Position numbers and translations under genes: made by a program. Of a DNA stretch of 64,000 bases, positions 29,918-39,547 are shown in pieces. Each line of letters starts with the position of its first letter. Within the stretch, counting starts at the first letter, position 1. This DNA comes from Blastocatellia bacterium (GTDB taxonomy: Bacteria > Acidobacteriota > Blastocatellia > UBA7656). The DNA is taken from positions 1-64,000 of the forward strand of contig CAVXWP010000015.1 of NCBI GenBank assembly GCA_963765495.1, in the 5' to 3' direction. The notes beneath the pieces are model-generated. The model ran no database searches and had not been told where the DNA came from. It was given only the letters and a program-made list of their open reading frames with translations.

Positions 29918-31659
29918 TAGCTTGCCGCCAACTCTTCTTCGAGCAATTGTTTTTCGTATAACTCGGCGTACAACCCGCCGCGCGTTATCAGTTCATCGTG
30001 CGTGCCGCGCTCGGCTATCCGACCGTCTTCGAGGACCACTATCAAATCGGCGTCCTTTACGGTCGAGACGCGGTGCGAGACCAGGAGGCTCGTGCGCCCG
30101 CGCATGATTCGGCGCAAATGTTCGAGTATCTTCTCTTCGGTGTATGTGTCTACCGAAGAGAGAGCATCATCGAGGATCAAAATTTTCGGCCTTCTTATCA
30201 AGGCTCGGGCAATGGCTGTGCGTTGTTTTTGCCCGCCTGAAAGCGTGATCCCGCGCTCGCCTACAAGGGTGCTGAATCCCTTTGGAAACCCCCGAATATC
30301 CTCGGCTATACCCGCTTCAACGGCTGCGCGCTCTATCTCTTCTTCGGAAGCCCGCTCGACCCCGAAGGCGATGTTTTCGGCTAAAGACTCGCTAAATAAA
30401 AAAGTCTCCTGCGGCACATAGCCTATCGAAGAGCGCAACGTATCAAGCGGTATCTCACGAATAGGATGATTATCAATCAACACCTGCCCGGGTTCGGCGT
30501 CGAGCAATCTGGTCACAAGGTTCATCAGAGTGGATTTGCCTGATCCGACCGCGCCCACAAAGGCTACGGTCTGTCCGGGCGCTATACGCAGGTTTATGTT
30601 TTTCAGCGCGGGCTCGTTTGCCGTGCCGTATCTGAAAGTGAGATTGCGAAATTCAATCTCGCCTTCTATCTCTCTTATTGGCTTTGTCTGGTCGGTATCT
30701 CGGATGGCGGGCTCTATCGACATTATTTGATTCATCCGGCCCATTGATGCCATGCCGCGCTGAAAGATATTTATTACCCATCCCAGCGCGATCATAGGCC
30801 ACACCAGATAGCCTAGATAAAGCGTGAACTGCACAAACTGGCCTATGGTGATCGTGCCGCGTACCGTCAGCGTGCCTCCGAACCACAACACCGCGATGAA
30901 GCCCAGTCCGATGAAGAACTGTAAAATAGGGTGGAATATGCCCGAAAGCCGTATGAGCTTCAGATTGCGATTGACGAATTCGCGGTTCACGCAGCGGAAA
31001 CTCTCTATCTCGGTTTGCTCCTGCGCGTAGGCGCGAATCACACGCACACCCGCGAGCGATTCCTGCGCTCGATTTGAGACGGTTCCGAAATATTCCTGCA
31101 CCTGCTCGAAGCGGTCGTGAATGCGCTTTGAGAAATACTGTGTAGCCGTAGCCACAAGCGGCATCGACAGGAATGCCAGCAGAGTGAGTTGCCAGCTGAT
31201 CGTCGCCATTATGGGCAGTATTAGCGCCATCGCAAAGATGGTATTCATCGAATACATCAGGGCGGGGCCTACGATCATCCTCACCGCCGAAAGATCATTT
31301 GTGGCACGCGCCATCAGATCACCCGTTCTGTGATCTTGATAAAACTCGAAAGACAGCTTTTGAAGATGGTTGTAAAAATCGTTTCGCAGATCGTATTCGA
31401 TGTGGCGCGACATATTGATGAGCGCCCGCCTCTGCATGAAGAGAAAGACCCCCTGTACGAGCGCGATCAAAACCAGGAGGCCGCCATCGTTGAGCAGTTT
31501 CGTATCCGTGATTTTTGTTGTCAGGTCATCGATTGCGTGCCGAAGCACGAGCGGGGCGGTCATCCTGACCAGATTCGTCATAAAGACACACGAAATCCCG
31601 AATATGAGCGTGCGCCGGTAGGGCGCAAAGTATGTCAAAAGCTTTCTGAAAGGACTCAT
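29917..31659 (-). CDS. ABC exporter half-transporter (TMD+NBD), subunit A of a heterodimer
   Basis: [16 protein letters not shown], degenerate LDDALS; TAATG overlap with partner. Confidence 0.93.
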   Translation of the reverse strand: MSPFRKLLTYFAPYRRTLIFGISCVFMTNLVRMTAPLVLRHAIDDLTTKITDTKLLNDGGLLVLIALVQGVFLFMQRRALINMSRHIEYDLRNDFYNHLQKLSFEFYQDHRTGDLMARATNDLSAVRMIVGPALMYSMNTIFAMALILPIMATISWQLTLLAFLSMPLVATATQYFSKRIHDRFEQVQEYFGTVSNRAQESLAGVRVIRAYAQEQTEIESFRCVNREFVNRNLKLIRLSGIFHPILQFFIGLGFIAVLWFGGTLTVRGTITIGQFVQFTLYLGYLVWPMIALGWVINIFQRGMASMGRMNQIMSIEPAIRDTDQTKPIREIEGEIEFRNLTFRYGTANEPALKNINLRIAPGQTVAFVGAVGSGKSTLMNLVTRLLDAEPGQVLIDNHPIREIPLDTLRSSIGYVPQETFLFSESLAENIAFGVERASEEEIERAAVEAGIAEDIRGFPKGFSTLVGERGITLSGGQKQRTAIARALIRRPKILILDDALSSVDTYTEEKILEHLRRIMRGRTSLLVSHRVSTVKDADLIVVLEDGRIAERGTHDELITRGGLYAELYEKQLLEEELAAS

Positions 31660-31707
31660 GCTATTACCGTTAAATTGAAATTGTAGCGATCAAAGAAGGA
31701 ATAAGAA

Positions 31708-31838
31708 AGGGATGAGGGATGAGGGATGAGGGATGAAAAGAACTCTTACGAGCTGTCTTAATAACAGGTAAGATGCTTTTCACCGCAATCTCAATAATCT
31801 CAATTTAGAGTCCTTTTCATCCCTCATCCCTCATCCCT
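31708..31838. repeat. (AGGGATG)4...(CATCCCT)3 inverted heptamer element (A1)
   Basis: Read directly; sub-terminal AAAAGAACTCT/AGAGTCCTTTT pairing; contains the thioesterase stop. Confidence 0.92.
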
Positions 31839-32254
31839 CCTGAAATCCTTATGTATGTCAGCAGTCCCTTTGCGGCGAGACGCCCTTTTGCGTCGTGCAC
31901 GTCGCACTCGGCTACGATGATGCGGCGTCCGTCGCGCAGAAGGCGGGCATCGGCCACGATGCGCCCTTCGCGGATCGCTGACAGATAATTAACCTTCATC
32001 TCGACCGTTGTGAAGCGGTCCCCGGGTTCGGATACGCTCATTATGGCAAAGGCTACGGCGGTGTCTATAAGGCTTGCGGTTGCGCCGCCGTGCATCACTC
32101 CCTGTAATTGCCTGAGTTCCTGTCTTACTTCCACGCTGAGACGCGCGCGGCCCGGCTCGATGGAATCAATCTCGATCCCGAGCAGTTGCGGAAAGTGATT
32201 CTCTTCGAATTTCTCTCTTATGGCCTGTTCTCGCTCAGGTGTTATTTCCATCAA
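31817..32254 (-). CDS. PaaI-family hotdog thioesterase
   Basis: GVMHGGATASLID, TVEMKVNYL. Confidence 0.9.
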   Translation of the reverse strand: MMEITPEREQAIREKFEENHFPQLLGIEIDSIEPGRARLSVEVRQELRQLQGVMHGGATASLIDTAVAFAIMSVSEPGDRFTTVEMKVNYLSAIREGRIVADARLLRDGRRIIVAECDVHDAKGRLAAKGLLTYIRISGGMRDEG

Positions 32255-32716
32255 TCAGTCTCCCTTTTTTGGGGACGTCCGGGTTCTCTTTTGTGGCGGC
32301 GACCACTGATAGGTGCTCAGGTCACAATGGCCTCGTTCGTCAAACACTACGCCCTCGGCTTCGAGCAAGAGGCGCTGAAGGTCGGGTTGTTGGATAGTGA
32401 TTCGCCCTGTCGAAATCCCTCCGCGCGAATTTATCACTCGATGCCAGGGGATGTTGCGTTCATCTTGCGGAGTCGCGTGCATGGCCCACCCTACGAGGCG
32501 CGGGCTGTAGCGGTCTTCTAGCAATCGGGCAATCTGACCGTAAGTCATAACACGCCCGCGCGGTATTCGTAGCACCATCCGGTATATCTTCTCGAAGGCC
32601 TGATCGTAACCGGGACGGGATTCAGCCTTTGCCGGTCTTGTCTTTCCGTCTTCGCTTTGCGGGCGGGTGCCCGGACCTCTTTCCCGCTTTTTTCCGCTTT
32701 GACCGATTTTCCCCAT
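32255..32716 (-). CDS. Alkyltransferase-like (ATL, MGMT family) protein
   Basis: IPRGRVMTYGQIA, RLVGWAM, PWHRV (Trp replaces the MGMT acceptor Cys), LLEAEGV. Confidence 0.9.
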   Translation of the reverse strand: MGKIGQSGKKRERGPGTRPQSEDGKTRPAKAESRPGYDQAFEKIYRMVLRIPRGRVMTYGQIARLLEDRYSPRLVGWAMHATPQDERNIPWHRVINSRGGISTGRITIQQPDLQRLLLEAEGVVFDERGHCDLSTYQWSPPQKRTRTSPKKGD

Positions 32717-33105
32717 CTCTTTGAATAGTCACTTCCTTTCAGACCGATATTATCCGTGACCAAAGGGCGGGTCGCAACCAAAAGTCGATGTTGGCGCTTG
32801 TACATCAGTTGCCGTTGTTTGACAGTTGCTAAAGATTGTCAGGCGGGAGGTGGCAAATTGCGGCGGCTGTTGAATATAGCCCCACGTCATAGAATTAGAA
32901 ATTTTTTCTATGGGCGGTAGGCTCACTGCTTTGGGGAGGAGCCTAAGTCTTGAAGTAACACAATTTGTCAACCGCGACTTCCGAAAATTGTTAACCCGTG
33001 GCTTGAACTTATCCGGTCATGTTGAAAGTTATTCTTTAAGGGTTATGACCTAACCTGAAATCAAAAAAGCCGATCCGGGTTCTTATCTTTATGCGTGGCA
33101 GGCAG

Positions 33106-33121
33106 TGGCACGCCCATTGCA
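33106..33121 (+). promoter_or_regulatory. Consensus sigma54 promoter
   Basis: TGGCACGCCCATTGCA matches TGGCACG-N4-TTGCA. Confidence 0.8.
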
Positions 33122-33131
33122 AAAGGGAACA

Positions 33132-33430
33132 GTGGTTCTAGCAGTTCGACAGTTTGATAAGGAAACCTCTTCTGCTCAGAGCAACTGCGGGATGCAGAAC
33201 TAAGTGCAGAGAATGGAAGGGAGGATGGGGGCCCTGCCTTCCATTCAATGCTAAAACCTGAGATCGACAGAAGCGAGCAGGCTCGATCGGTCTAATAATA
33301 ATGAAGCTTTTGCAACACTGAGAGAAGCGACAGACAGACGAAGTTCAAGGTGTAGGGGCACAAGGGGGCGTGGCCCTACATCCTGACTAAGCCGCCGATG
33401 ACTGAGGTTATCGGCGGCTATTATTTTTTG
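33132..33430 (+). ncRNA. Candidate sigma54-dependent structured small RNA (~300 nt)
   Basis: Bounded by a sigma54 promoter and an intrinsic terminator; four internal hairpins; no ORF in the track. Confidence 0.55.
33390..33430 (+). terminator. Intrinsic terminator
   Basis: AGCCGCCGATGAC-tgag-GTTATCGGCGGCT followed by ATTATTTTTT. Confidence 0.85.
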
Positions 33431-33724
33431 GCTTTTATTTTTTTCTGCCGGTTAATCCTGCCAAAATTTTCTTCACGCATCACGCGTCATCGAATGAAAG
33501 GGTCGTTTCGGAATCCTTAAACTTATGTGTTATGATTTGTGCAGACAGCGAAGAGGGTGCCTGTCTCAGCCTGGAAAAAATTGACAGAGGTGAGCGCATG
33601 GGTTGTAGGAAAAAGCCCCACGGGGAAATTGTCAGGGAAGAAGCGCTCGGGCTGCGAAACCTCTCCATAGCTCTCAATCTATACATGGCTTTCAAGAACA
33701 TACACAAAATAACGAGGACAGATC

Positions 33725-35023
33725 ATGACACGCGGCAGAAAGTTCAAGTCGGCGCGGCGCAAGCCCGGAAGCGAGCGCTCCCTGTTCGAGCAAAAACTGA
33801 TCGGAGGATATTCGCGAACGCTTGACCGGATTGATCTGTTAAACCTCATACGCGGCGGAGAAGATACTTACCTCGAATTCAAGATTCGGCTGGTCAACAC
33901 CGATAAAGTGACAGGCGAAATCGTAGCTCTCGCCAATGCCGGGGGCGGCGCAATCATCTTCGGCGTGAACGATCAGCGCAGGCTCGAAGGTCTTGACGAC
34001 CCGGAACAGGTCGAAGAACAACTGATAGACATCTGCCGCAACCAGATAATACCTCCTCTTTTGCCTCGTATAGACAAGGTCGCTTTCGATAACGGCACCC
34101 GCATAGTGGTCTTACAGGTTGACGACCGCCGCGCGCCCCATACTACACCCGATCACCGTTACTTTCTCCGCATAGGCTCGCACAAGCGCGAAGCCGAGGG
34201 GCTGGAAATAGCCGCGCTTTTTGCCCGTTCCCGTGTAGTGGCCTTTGAGGATATGCCGCTTGTGAGGGCCGACATCGAAGACGTTGACGAGGCGCTTGTG
34301 TGGAGTTACATACGCGATCTCGAAGGCGAAACCTTCCGCGAGCCGGACGGCTTTCCCACGCCTGCGGCCATGCGAGATTTGAGACTGGCCTCCGATTACG
34401 GGATGAGCATTACGCCGACGCTTGCGGGCTTTCTTCTCTTTGCGCGCAGCAGCGCCATCGAGCAAATAATCCCTCAAAGCGTGGTTTCCCTTGTTCGCTA
34501 TTCCGGCTCGGACCCGCATTCTCCGGTAGTAGAAAACGCCGACGTTTACGGCAATTTGACGAGGTCATTCGATCTGGCGCTTTCCTTTATCAAGCGTTAC
34601 GCCGATCTGTGGGATGCGCGCCCGCCTCGTTCTCAAACCCATCTGGATGAAAGCAGGAAAGAGCCTGTGCGCGCCCGCGCCAATTATCCGCGTCAGGCTG
34701 TCATCGAGGCCCTGACAAATATGCTTGTGCACCGCGATTATTCTATGACCGGTCCCCCGGCCCGCGTGCTGATTTATGACGACCGCATCCATTTCATCAA
34801 CCCCAGCCACACAAACGGAGCAAGCCGCAAATCCGTAGAATACGGAGCGACCCTGCGGCTCAACCCGCGATTGCATCATGTATTCACGAGCCCGGAATAT
34901 GGCGTAGCGCCCGCGCCGCGCGGCATCCCTGCGCTTCGCAGATCGCATTACGCATTCACCCGGCGCGAGCCCCGAATCACCCTCACAGGCGATGAATTCA
35001 GCCTCGAACTCTACGGCATTTGA
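33725..35023 (+). CDS. Schlafen AlbA_2 domain + HATPase_c_4-like protein
   Basis: EDTYLEFK, IVALANAGGGAIIFGVND; YPRQAVIEALTNMLVHRDYS...IYDDRI. Confidence 0.85.
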   Translation: MTRGRKFKSARRKPGSERSLFEQKLIGGYSRTLDRIDLLNLIRGGEDTYLEFKIRLVNTDKVTGEIVALANAGGGAIIFGVNDQRRLEGLDDPEQVEEQLIDICRNQIIPPLLPRIDKVAFDNGTRIVVLQVDDRRAPHTTPDHRYFLRIGSHKREAEGLEIAALFARSRVVAFEDMPLVRADIEDVDEALVWSYIRDLEGETFREPDGFPTPAAMRDLRLASDYGMSITPTLAGFLLFARSSAIEQIIPQSVVSLVRYSGSDPHSPVVENADVYGNLTRSFDLALSFIKRYADLWDARPPRSQTHLDESRKEPVRARANYPRQAVIEALTNMLVHRDYSMTGPPARVLIYDDRIHFINPSHTNGASRKSVEYGATLRLNPRLHHVFTSPEYGVAPAPRGIPALRRSHYAFTRREPRITLTGDEFSLELYGI

Positions 35024-35086
35024 AGCCTTGGGGCGGAACCTTCCCGGTTTGATAGGCTTCAACGGCGGGTGCTAGAATCAAATGGA

Positions 35087-35181
35087 GTGACAAGTGATTG
35101 GTGATGCGTGACTTTCAGGCAAGTAACTTTTGCCGGTTGATTGCAAATCTTACGAATCACAGATCACGAATCGCGCATTAC
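35087..35181. repeat. B-family heptamer inverted-repeat element (B4) just upstream of trmFO
   Basis: GTGATTGGTGATGCGTGACTTTCAGG ... TTGCAAATCTTACGAATCACAGATCACGAATCGCGCATTAC. Confidence 0.75.
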
Positions 35182-35185
35182 TATT

Positions 35186-36550
35186 ATGACGACTCAGGCG
35201 GAAGTAACGGTGATTGGCGGAGGGCTGGCCGGGCCCGAAGCCGCGTGGCAGGCGGCTGAACGCGGCCTGAAGGTGCGGCTCTACGAAATGCGCCCCACAC
35301 GCCTTACACCCGCTCACAAGACCGAGAATCTCGGTGAAGTAGTCTGTTCCAACTCTCTAAAATCGGATGAGCCGGGCTCGGCTTCATACCTGCTCAAGGA
35401 GGAGTTGCGCCGGGGCGGCTCGCTTTTGATCCGAGTGGCGCACGAAACGGCTGTTCCGGCGGGTGCCGCACTGGCCGTTGATCGCGAGAGGTTTTCTGAG
35501 GCTGTGACCAAAAAGATACTGGCGCACCCAAACATAGAGGTGGTGCGCGAGGAAGTGACCTCGCTTCCCTCCGAAGGGCCTGTAATTATAGCGACAGGAC
35601 CGCTCACGTCGCCCGCGCTGTCACAGGAGATAGCGCGTCTCACGGGCTCGACGGCGCTCTATTTTTACGACGCGATTTCGCCCATCGTTGACGCTGAGAC
35701 TATAAATCACGACATAGTATTCAGGGCGGCCCGTTACGATAAAGGCGGGCCCGATTACCTGAACTGCCCGATGACGGAAGAAGAGTATGCGCGCTTTTAC
35801 GATGCGCTCCTGGCGGCCGAATCCGTCCCCCTGCACGAGTTCGAGCAGACCATGTATTTCGAGGCATGTCTGCCCATCGAGGAGCTTGCCCGAAGAGGGC
35901 GTGACACGTTGCGCTTCGGCCCTATGAAGCCCGTTGGTTTGCGCGATCCTCGTACAGGCCAAATCCCTTATGCGGCAGTGCAGCTTCGGCAGGAAAACTT
36001 GCTCGCAGACAGCTACAACCTCGTTGGCTTTCAAAATCATCTGAAGTTCGGCGAACAGAAACGCGTGCTGAGGCTGATACCGGGTCTTGAAGAGGCCGAG
36101 TTTGCCAGATTCGGTCAAATCCATCGCAACACTTTTATTTGCGCGCCCCTGCTGCTTGCCGAGACTCTGCAAATGCGCGAGTCGCCGCGCATTCTTTTTG
36201 CGGGGCAGATTTCAGGTGTCGAAGGGTACATAGAAGCGATGGCCACAGGATTTCTTGCGGGCGTGAATGCGGCAGAACTTGCGCGAGGGCGCAAACCTGC
36301 GCCTGCGCCCCGCCGCACCGCGATGGGAGGGCTTACAAACTACATCGCAAACGCAGAGGCAAAGAATTTTCAACCGATGAATATAACATTTGCGCTTCTG
36401 CCGCCGCTTGAGCCGGAAGATCGCCGCCGCCTCAAGCGGAAATCGGACCGGCGCAAGTATCAGGTAGAGCTTGGGCTGAAAGATTTTGACCTGTGGCGCG
36501 CAAGCTATCTTTCGAATAATGATGTGCATGAAGTTCAAAAGCAGGTTTGA
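35186..36550 (+). CDS. trmFO: Folate/FAD-dependent tRNA U54 methyltransferase
   Basis: IGGGLAG.EAA, LYEMRP, VCSNSL, FYDAISP, YFEACLPIE, FGPMKPVGL, AGQISGVEGY, FQPMN. Confidence 0.96.
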   Translation: MTTQAEVTVIGGGLAGPEAAWQAAERGLKVRLYEMRPTRLTPAHKTENLGEVVCSNSLKSDEPGSASYLLKEELRRGGSLLIRVAHETAVPAGAALAVDRERFSEAVTKKILAHPNIEVVREEVTSLPSEGPVIIATGPLTSPALSQEIARLTGSTALYFYDAISPIVDAETINHDIVFRAARYDKGGPDYLNCPMTEEEYARFYDALLAAESVPLHEFEQTMYFEACLPIEELARRGRDTLRFGPMKPVGLRDPRTGQIPYAAVQLRQENLLADSYNLVGFQNHLKFGEQKRVLRLIPGLEEAEFARFGQIHRNTFICAPLLLAETLQMRESPRILFAGQISGVEGYIEAMATGFLAGVNAAELARGRKPAPAPRRTAMGGLTNYIANAEAKNFQPMNITFALLPPLEPEDRRRLKRKSDRRKYQVELGLKDFDLWRASYLSNNDVHEVQKQV

Positions 36551-36551
36551 A

Positions 36552-37682
36552 ATGAAAAGGCAAAAGGAAAACGGTAAAGGAAGAGATTCAAATAACAAAA
36601 TCCGAGGCAGGATCGAATTCGTGCTAAAGCTCTGTCTATTGCCTTTGGCTTTCAGCCTCTTGCCTTTTTTCGTATCGGCGCAATCGGGCAGGCAACCTGC
36701 TCCGCCTCAACCCGCGCGCCCGCCCTCGCTGTCTCAGCCTCAAGAGACGCGGCCTCGCCGGGCGACTGAAAAGCCGCCGCAACAGCAGCCACCATCCGAA
36801 GATCAGAAGCAGGGCGAAGATCAGGACGAGAAGGCCATCAAGTTGAGCGCCGATCTTGTTACCGTCATTACGTCGGTTACCGATAGTCAGGGCAATCAGA
36901 TCAACGACCTGTCGGAGAAGGATTTTCAGCTATTCGAAGACAACGAGCAGCAGGATATAGCCGGTTTTTATCGACAGGATGAATTGCCCTTGCGTCTCGT
37001 CTTTTTATTCGATACGTCAAGCTCGATACGTCATCGCTTCGATTTCGAGCAGCGCGCAGCCGCGCAATTCTTCCGCAATGTGATGCGCCCCACCGATCAG
37101 GCGGCGATTGTAAGCGTCGGGACCGATCCGAAAATCGAAGTCCAGTTCACTCCGAATCTTGAGGTGCTCGTGAGCATTCTGGCCGGGCTCAAACCCGAAG
37201 GCGCGACCTCGCTCTATAGCTCATTGATAGAGGCGGCCAAATATATTCGCCCCGCCGAAGGCCGCCACGTCATGGTAGTGCTGTCTGACGGCACGGATAC
37301 CGCATCACCTTCGACGCTGGCGCAGGCTCTCACGGAGGTGCAAAAATCAGACGCCGTTATCTACGGCGTGCATTCGACGGGAGTTGCGCCTTCGGCCAAT
37401 GTTCAGGACCTGGCTGGCGAATTCGTGCTAAAAGCGATGAGCGAAGACACGGGCGGACGTGCTTTCTTCCCACCCATTTACGAGGATCAGAAGAAGGAAG
37501 TGCGCGACCTCGAAGACATATACAGGCGAATCGCCAATGAAGTGCGCGCTCAATATGTGCTGACCTATTATTCGAAAAGCGAGGCGCGTCCGGGCACATT
37601 CAAGACTATACGAGTGACGAGCACGCGGCCCGGCCTCCAGGTGCGCGCCCGCCGCGGGTACTACACGGCGAAATCCGAATAA
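36552..37682 (+). CDS. Exported VWA-domain protein (acidobacterial VWFA-related type)
   Basis: Signal peptide; VTDSQGNQINDLSEKDFQLFED; MIDAS DTSSS; LSDGTD; TGGR; QYVLTY; ARRGYY. Confidence 0.88.
   Translation: MKRQKENGKGRDSNNKIRGRIEFVLKLCLLPLAFSLLPFFVSAQSGRQPAPPQPARPPSLSQPQETRPRRATEKPPQQQPPSEDQKQGEDQDEKAIKLSADLVTVITSVTDSQGNQINDLSEKDFQLFEDNEQQDIAGFYRQDELPLRLVFLFDTSSSIRHRFDFEQRAAAQFFRNVMRPTDQAAIVSVGTDPKIEVQFTPNLEVLVSILAGLKPEGATSLYSSLIEAAKYIRPAEGRHVMVVLSDGTDTASPSTLAQALTEVQKSDAVIYGVHSTGVAPSANVQDLAGEFVLKAMSEDTGGRAFFPPIYEDQKKEVRDLEDIYRRIANEVRAQYVLTYYSKSEARPGTFKTIRVTSTRPGLQVRARRGYYTAKSE
36555..36668. repeat. Degenerate AAAAGGC/GCCTTTT inverted heptamer element (E) inside the VWA gene 5' end
   Basis: AAAAGGC AAAAGGA AAACGGT AAAGG ... 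GCCTTTG GCTTTCA GCCTCTT GCCTTTT. Confidence 0.6.
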
Positions 37683-37746
37683 CCCGTTTCCGAGCAGTTC
37701 GACTCAAAGACCCGGGTGTATTATCTTGCAGAAAGAGGTATCGCAA

Positions 37747-38070
37747 ATGAACAGCGATGAACTTACCAGCAAACTACCCGATGACCGGATGACCACACAT
37801 CCGACAATCGAAACCGTGCTTGAGCGCATCAATGCTCTGGCCGGTCGAATAGGCGAATTTCAGACAAAGTTCGAAACCGAAATTGCAGCACTGCGAACCG
37901 AAGTTATTGGGATGCGAACCGAGTTTTCTACACTCCAAACGAGCATGGGGAAAGGGTTTCGGAGGCTTGAGCGATTTGATGGTGTGCTTGGTGATCAGAT
38001 GAGGAAGATGGAAGTCGATCACCGTGATCTTGCAGACCGCGTTGACCTGATAGAATCGAAACTTTCGTGA
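37747..38070 (+). CDS. Hypothetical coiled-coil protein
   Basis: Heptad-like helical sequence; GAGGT RBS before ATG 37747. Confidence 0.7.
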   Translation: MNSDELTSKLPDDRMTTHPTIETVLERINALAGRIGEFQTKFETEIAALRTEVIGMRTEFSTLQTSMGKGFRRLERFDGVLGDQMRKMEVDHRDLADRVDLIESKLS

Positions 38071-38170
38071 TGGGTGATGCGAACTCTGATTCGTGATTCG
38101 TGATTTACAAGGCTTGCAATATGTCCGTATCAGCCCATCTCCCTATAAAATCACGAATCACAAATCAGAA
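38067..38170. repeat. B-family element (B5), apparently in reverse orientation, overlapping the stop codon at 38068-38070
   Basis: GTGATGGGTGATGC..TGATTCGTGATTCGTGATTT ... AAATCACGAATCACAAATCAGA. Confidence 0.75.
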
Positions 38171-38196
38171 TTCATTGACCATAGAGTGAGGACGAC

Positions 38197-39519
38197 ATGA
38201 CAACGTTTATAGGACTTGCCCGGTTTTTCACAGCAGTTATTCTCGGTGCGGCTGTGCTTATCTCGTCTTCCGGTGTGGCGGGTGGCCAGGGGAAGAAATC
38301 TCAGGATGATGCCGCGCTCCGCGCTCGCGCTGAAAAGCTTCACCGCGAAGCCATAGTCATAGATACTCACAACGACATCACTTCGCCTATGGTTGACGAT
38401 GGGTTTGATCTGGGGATGGCCGGAGATGATCCAAACGCCAGGGTCAAGACACATACCGATCTGCGACGCATGAAGGCGGGCGGGCTGGACGCGGAATTCT
38501 TCGCCGTCTATGTCGGGCGCGAATATGTAAACAAGAAACCTTCCGAGGGTGGAGGCTCGGCCCGTCGCGCGCTCGATGTGATTGATTCGGTTTACGAGCA
38601 GGTGCGCCGCCATCCCGACTCGCTTGAGATGGCCTTCACCGCCGATGACATCCGGCGCATAGCGAAGAAGAGCAAGATCGCGGCTTTGATGGGCATCGAA
38701 GGCGGGCACGCTATCGAAGACAGCCTCGCCACGCTTCGCGTCTTTTACAGACTGGGCGTGCGCTACATGACGCTCACTCACACAAACACAAACGACTGGG
38801 CCGATTCATCGGGCGACATCGACGATCCCAAAGTGGAGCATCATAACGGGTTGACCGATTTCGGACGCGATGTGGTGCGCGAGATGAATCGCATAGGCAT
38901 GATGGCAGACATCTCGCACGTCGCGGATAAGACTTTTTACGATGTGATAGAAGTGAGCCGCGCGCCCGTCATCGCATCGCATTCTTCGGCGCGCGCGCTG
39001 GCCGATCACCCGCGTAACATGACCGACGACATGCTGCGGGCCATATCAAAAAACGGCGGCGTGGTGATGGTGAATTTCTATGATGGATTTCTTGATCCGC
39101 AAAAGGTCGAATTTGGCAAGAAGGCTAACGCCCATCAGGAGGAGTTGACGAAACAGTTTCCCGACGACAAACAGCGCGTGGATGATGAAATGAAGAAATG
39201 GCTTGAGGCCAACGCCCCGCCAAGGACTCCGCTCTCTTTGCTGATAGATCACATCGATCACATAGCCAAAGTCGCCGGGATTGATCACGTAGGATTGGGA
39301 TCGGATTTTGACGGTGTACCCTTTACCGGCCTTCCCGAAGGCATGGAAGACATATCAAAACTTCCCAATATCACAATCGAGCTTATGAAGCGCGGCTACT
39401 CCGACGCAGATATCAAGAAGGTACTGGGCGAAAATTTCCTTCGCGTCATGTCGCAGGTCGAGCGCGTAGCAGCCGAAATGCAATCAAGCAAGTCTGCGCC
39501 CGCAGCAAAAAAGATTTGA
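38197..39519 (+). CDS. Secreted M19 (renal-type) dipeptidase
   Basis: IDTHND, MGIEGG, DISH, IASHS, HVGLGSDFDG; signal peptide. Confidence 0.93.
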   Translation: MTTFIGLARFFTAVILGAAVLISSSGVAGGQGKKSQDDAALRARAEKLHREAIVIDTHNDITSPMVDDGFDLGMAGDDPNARVKTHTDLRRMKAGGLDAEFFAVYVGREYVNKKPSEGGGSARRALDVIDSVYEQVRRHPDSLEMAFTADDIRRIAKKSKIAALMGIEGGHAIEDSLATLRVFYRLGVRYMTLTHTNTNDWADSSGDIDDPKVEHHNGLTDFGRDVVREMNRIGMMADISHVADKTFYDVIEVSRAPVIASHSSARALADHPRNMTDDMLRAISKNGGVVMVNFYDGFLDPQKVEFGKKANAHQEELTKQFPDDKQRVDDEMKKWLEANAPPRTPLSLLIDHIDHIAKVAGIDHVGLGSDFDGVPFTGLPEGMEDISKLPNITIELMKRGYSDADIKKVLGENFLRVMSQVERVAAEMQSSKSAPAAKKI

Positions 39520-39547
39520 GATTTGAGAACTCTCAAGTCTCAAATCT
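39512..39547. repeat. GATTTGA-family hairpin containing the stop codons of two convergent genes
   Basis: AGATTTGAGATTTGAGA-ac-TCTCAAGTCTCAAATCT; TGA at 39517-39519 (+) and 39540-39542 (-). Confidence 0.85.

Noticed and set aside
33480-33825. Small ORFs between the candidate sRNA and the AlbA_2 gene
   Set aside because: Mutually overlapping, no motifs; one overlaps the AlbA_2 gene out of frame.
35141-35185. N-terminal extensions of TrmFO (RITDHESRIT) and of the hydrolase (40290-40391, HPSSLIPHP)
   Set aside because: These are translations of heptamer repeat arms; downstream ATGs fit the family starts better.
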